Below, one piece after another: positions 16,480 to 18,789 of a stretch of DNA of 18,789 nucleotides. The notes under the pieces were generated by a model. The model ran no database searches and had not been told where the DNA came from. It worked only from the letters and a program-made list of their open reading frames with translations. The translations under genes and the position numbers were made by a program. Source of the stretch: Breznakia sp. PF5-3 (GTDB lineage Bacteria > Bacillota_I > Bacilli_A > Erysipelotrichales > Erysipelotrichaceae); the NCBI RefSeq assembly GCF_029504745.1, contig NZ_JAQFIQ010000045.1:1-18789 (forward strand), in the 5' to 3' direction. How positions within the stretch are numbered: position 1 is the stretch's first letter; each line of letters begins with the position of its first letter.

Positions 16480-17037
16480 TTATTTTGTTTTTTCTTTCTC
16501 TAAAATCTCTATCATTTCATTCGCCCATTCAATGCACATTTTATAATAATAATCTCCATATCTTGCTGTCATTTTCCAATACAATGAGCGATTGCGATCT
16601 TTTTCATTTTCTACAAATTTTTCAATATTACTATCTATTTTTTCTAATCTATTCAAGGTAGCTTCACACCTTGCTTTATATTCTTTAAATAAAAGGATAT
16701 TTTCATCAATTTTGTTTTCCCCAAGAAAAAATACTTTAATCAAAAAGAGATTTCGAATCCGCATTTCTTTTTCAATAAAATCTTTATCTAACCACTTATG
16801 CAATTCTTCTCTTCCTAATTCTGTAATCGAATAAACCTTACGGTTTGGTTTATCCTCTTGATATACAATATGCGAAGTTAACCAACCCACCTTTTCCATA
16901 CTCGTCAATTCTTTGTATATCTGACTTGTTTGCGTATGCCAAAAATTGTTTATCGAATGAGAGAAAGTACGATTTAAATCATAACCACTTTGATCCCCAT
17001 AACTCAACAACCCTAATAATCCATATTTTGCAGACAT
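16480..17037 (-). CDS. PadR family transcriptional regulator (long, PadR-1 type with C-terminal helical domain)
   Basis: 185 aa from the ATG at 17035-17037, with GGAGG 5 nt upstream. The ORF track extends to 17058. Motifs: YGLLGLLSYGDQSGYDL, IYKELTSMEKVGWLTS, and a helical C-terminal extension of about 90 aa. Confidence 0.85.
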   Translation of the reverse strand: MSAKYGLLGLLSYGDQSGYDLNRTFSHSINNFWHTQTSQIYKELTSMEKVGWLTSHIVYQEDKPNRKVYSITELGREELHKWLDKDFIEKEMRIRNLFLIKVFFLGENKIDENILLFKEYKARCEATLNRLEKIDSNIEKFVENEKDRNRSLYWKMTARYGDYYYKMCIEWANEMIEILEKEKTK

Positions 17038-17062
17038 AATTACCTCCATTAATACCATTTGG

Positions 17063-17106
17063 TATTATTCTACTTTTAGAATAATATAATTTTATACTAT
17101 TGTCAA
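17063..17106 (-). promoter_or_regulatory. Perfect 10-4-10 palindrome overlapping a candidate promoter of the long PadR gene
   Basis: TATTATTCTA-CTTT-TAGAATAATA spans 17063-17086. On the minus strand, TTGACA (complement of 17101-17106), a 17-nt spacer, then TATTCT (complement of 17078-17083). The -10 therefore lies inside one palindrome arm. Confidence 0.55.
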
Positions 17107-17197
17107 TGCTTCCTAGCAGATTCGATTTCATATCTAGTCGTCTATCATTGATAAATATATTTCAAACGTTATGAGTGCTATCCTTTTATTTCAAATA

Positions 17198-17234
17198 AAA
17201 ACATCTTATTTATTGTTAATAGATAAGATGTTTT
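17198..17234 (-). terminator. Rho-independent terminator after the sigma-fusion gene
   Basis: A perfect 12-bp stem, AAAACATCTTAT (17198-17209) with ATAAGATGTTTT (17223-17234), and a 13-nt loop. On the minus strand the stem runs into UUUUUAUUU. It starts 41 nt after the stop at 17276. Confidence 0.7.
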
Positions 17235-17275
17235 CAAAAAATGATAATAAAAATCAATATTTTTTTACAGCCTAT

Positions 17276-18556
17276 TTATTTTATTTCTATTTCCAATATA
17301 TTTCCTGCATAATCGCCAACATAAAGTATATACTTTTTTCCTTCTATACATTGAATTGAAAGCAGGTTTGTTTGTTCATCATACATGTATCCTTCACTTC
17401 TTATTCCATCTATTAATAATGTGATATTATTAGGATTAACGTTTGAGAGATCATCATTTAAGCGTATTACGAAATAATTATTTTGATCAGATTGCGTATA
17501 TCCTGTAGGACTATTATAGTCAATATTAGAAACAACTATTTCTTTTTCATCTATCGTTTCTCCATCTTTTTCTAAACTACATATATAAGTTCCATTTTCT
17601 AAGATTTCATTTGTTTCAACACCATTGATTAAAATTCGATCATATTCTTTATTTGTTGTTTCGATTTCAACATCTAATTTTTGATTACGCCAGTTTGTAT
17701 CATAAATTATATCTTTTATTTTTGCTTTTTCTATCTGTACTTCTTTCTTTATTTCCATCGTTTTTGATGTCACCTCAGCTTCATGCTTTGGATTATAGAG
17801 CAGACTAGAAATTACAGCTGCAACGATAATGGTTGTTGAAATCATCAATGCTTTTGCTCTAGTTGTTGCTTTTCCTTTGCTTCCTATTGCAATACTTGAA
17901 TCATCTCCTAAAGATTTTTTATATAACATGCGATATGCATTAATGAAAAAACTTGGACTCAAGAAAAGCAATCCATATGTTCTAGGTGATATTCCCTCTT
18001 TTTTTAATTCTTTTTTCAATGATTCGCGGACTTTCGTCAGTCTAGAATTTACAGTTCCCCTAGGAATTTCCAATATGGAAGCTATTTCATCTATTTTTAG
18101 CCCTTCGAAATAACGTAACATTCCCACACTCTTATACGTAGGTTTCATTGTTGATAAAGATTTCCCAACGATTTCCATCAACTGCTTTCGATCTATAACT
18201 TCTGATACTTTCGGTTGTTTATTATCACCGAAATCATCAATATCCATATCTTCGCCAAGATCCTTAATTTTAGAATTTTTATTATATTGATTTATACATT
18301 TAGTATATGTAATTCTTCGAATCCAGGAATGAAATGCTTTAGGTTCTTTCAACTCGTTAATTTTTTGATGTACTTTAATAAAAACTTCCTGTGCTATATC
18401 TTCTGTTGATCCGTTATTATTGAAAAATTGATTTACCACATAACAAACATACTTAAAATAGACTTGATAAATTTCTGTAAATGCACTTTCATCCCCGTTT
18501 TGTGCTCGAATAATAACTTCTTTTGAAATCATTTGTCGTTTCTTAACCATTTTCAT
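17276..18556 (-). CDS. ECF-type RNA polymerase sigma-70 family factor fused to a TM helix and a C-terminal extracytoplasmic domain (426 aa)
   Basis: Region 2: FTEIYQVYFKYV...EDIAQEVFIKVHQKI...FHSWIRRITYTKCINQY. Region 4: KSVGMLRYFEGLKIDEIASILEIPRGTVNSRLTKVRESLKKEL. TM helix: ALMISTTIIVAAVISSLLY (17795-17851), preceded by TTRAK. A beta-rich domain of about 172 aa follows (17279-17794). GAGGG lies 8 nt before the ATG at 18556. Confidence 0.88.
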   Translation of the reverse strand: MKMVKKRQMISKEVIIRAQNGDESAFTEIYQVYFKYVCYVVNQFFNNNGSTEDIAQEVFIKVHQKINELKEPKAFHSWIRRITYTKCINQYNKNSKIKDLGEDMDIDDFGDNKQPKVSEVIDRKQLMEIVGKSLSTMKPTYKSVGMLRYFEGLKIDEIASILEIPRGTVNSRLTKVRESLKKELKKEGISPRTYGLLFLSPSFFINAYRMLYKKSLGDDSSIAIGSKGKATTRAKALMISTTIIVAAVISSLLYNPKHEAEVTSKTMEIKKEVQIEKAKIKDIIYDTNWRNQKLDVEIETTNKEYDRILINGVETNEILENGTYICSLEKDGETIDEKEIVVSNIDYNSPTGYTQSDQNNYFVIRLNDDLSNVNPNNITLLIDGIRSEGYMYDEQTNLLSIQCIEGKKYILYVGDYAGNILEIEIK

Positions 18557-18615
18557 CTTTTCCGCCCTCTTACCGTCCTTCTTTTAGTCTTCTTTAAATT
18601 GATAATCGTTCATTT

Positions 18616-18643
18616 TTTATAAACTATTCTAATAAGAGGACAA
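18616..18643 (-). promoter_or_regulatory. Candidate sigma-A promoter of the sigma-fusion gene
   Basis: On the minus strand, TTGTCC (complement of 18638-18643), a 16-nt spacer, then TATAAA (complement of 18616-18621), about 60 nt upstream of the ATG. Confidence 0.35.
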
Positions 18644-18700
18644 ATGTTTTCATAAAATGTACCATTTTTTTCTTAAAAAAATAAAAAAGATCGCTTTTGA

Positions 18701-18789
18701 TGTGAACCCATAAAGTTGGACACGTTATTATTTAAGCGCTTAAACTTGAGGATTGTTCTCTGTATGCTACAGGGGATAATCCTTTTAGT
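18701..18789 (-). mobile_element. Right end of an IS3-family insertion sequence (truncated by the window edge)
   Basis: The terminus at 18701 reads TGTGAACCCATAAAGTTGGACACG inward, a TG-initiated IR reminiscent of the IS150/IS3 group. It is followed by the transposase 3' end. Confidence 0.6.
18732..18789 (-). CDS. IS3-family transposase (OrfB/integrase), C-terminal 18 codons only
   Basis: The minus-strand translation is LKGLSPVAYREQSSSLSA followed by stop (TAA, complement of 18732-18734). The K-x-G-x-SP-x-x-YR tail is characteristic of IS3-family DDE transposases. Confidence 0.6.
   Translation of the reverse strand, partial: LKGLSPVAYREQSSSLSA

Noticed and set aside
16592-17039. Plus-strand ORFs 16592-16834 and 16845-17039, antisense to the long PadR gene
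   Set aside because: These are S/F/I-rich shadow frames with no RBS. The opposite strand carries clear PadR motifs.
17171-18409. Plus-strand ORFs 17171-17359, 17829-18113 and 18215-18409 around or within the sigma-fusion gene
   Set aside because: They are antisense or terminator-spanning frames with low-complexity translations and no start signals.
18618-18659. 13-codon minus-strand peptide (MVHFMKTFVLLLE) between the IS end and the sigma gene
   Set aside because: It has no RBS and overlaps the candidate promoter. It is too short to support.

Overview
Low-GC Bacillota-type window, possibly a gut Clostridia or Erysipelotrichia relative (taxon is inference only). It is densely coded, mostly on the minus strand. 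In window order: (1) a 2191-aa wall-anchored surface protein (139-6714, minus) with a signal peptide, about 1550 aa with no family I recognise, a CnaB-like module, five 255-bp SHIRT-like tandem repeats and an SPSTG sorting signal; (2) ldh followed closely by a DUF2974/Mbeg1-like hydrolase (minus); (3) a plus-strand housekeeping block of Cof-type HAD phosphatase, GNAT acetyltransferase and murI; (4) a DUF2500/YhhM-like membrane protein; (5) a tightly packed five-gene module of PadR, a prefix-domain membrane protein, an ABC ATPase and two ABC-2 permeases, preceded by a second, longer PadR with its own palindromic operator; (6) an ECF-type sigma factor fused in one polypeptide, through a TM helix, to a ~170-aa extracytoplasmic domain, with no separate anti-sigma gene beside it; (7) the terminal inverted repeat and last 18 codons of an IS3-family element at the right edge. 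The best candidates for undescribed biology are the membrane-tethered sigma fusion and the orphan N-terminal region of the giant protein, whose stalk repeats are prone to recombination. No rRNA, tRNA or CRISPR was seen. All family assignments come from motif reading by eye and need HMM or BLAST confirmation.
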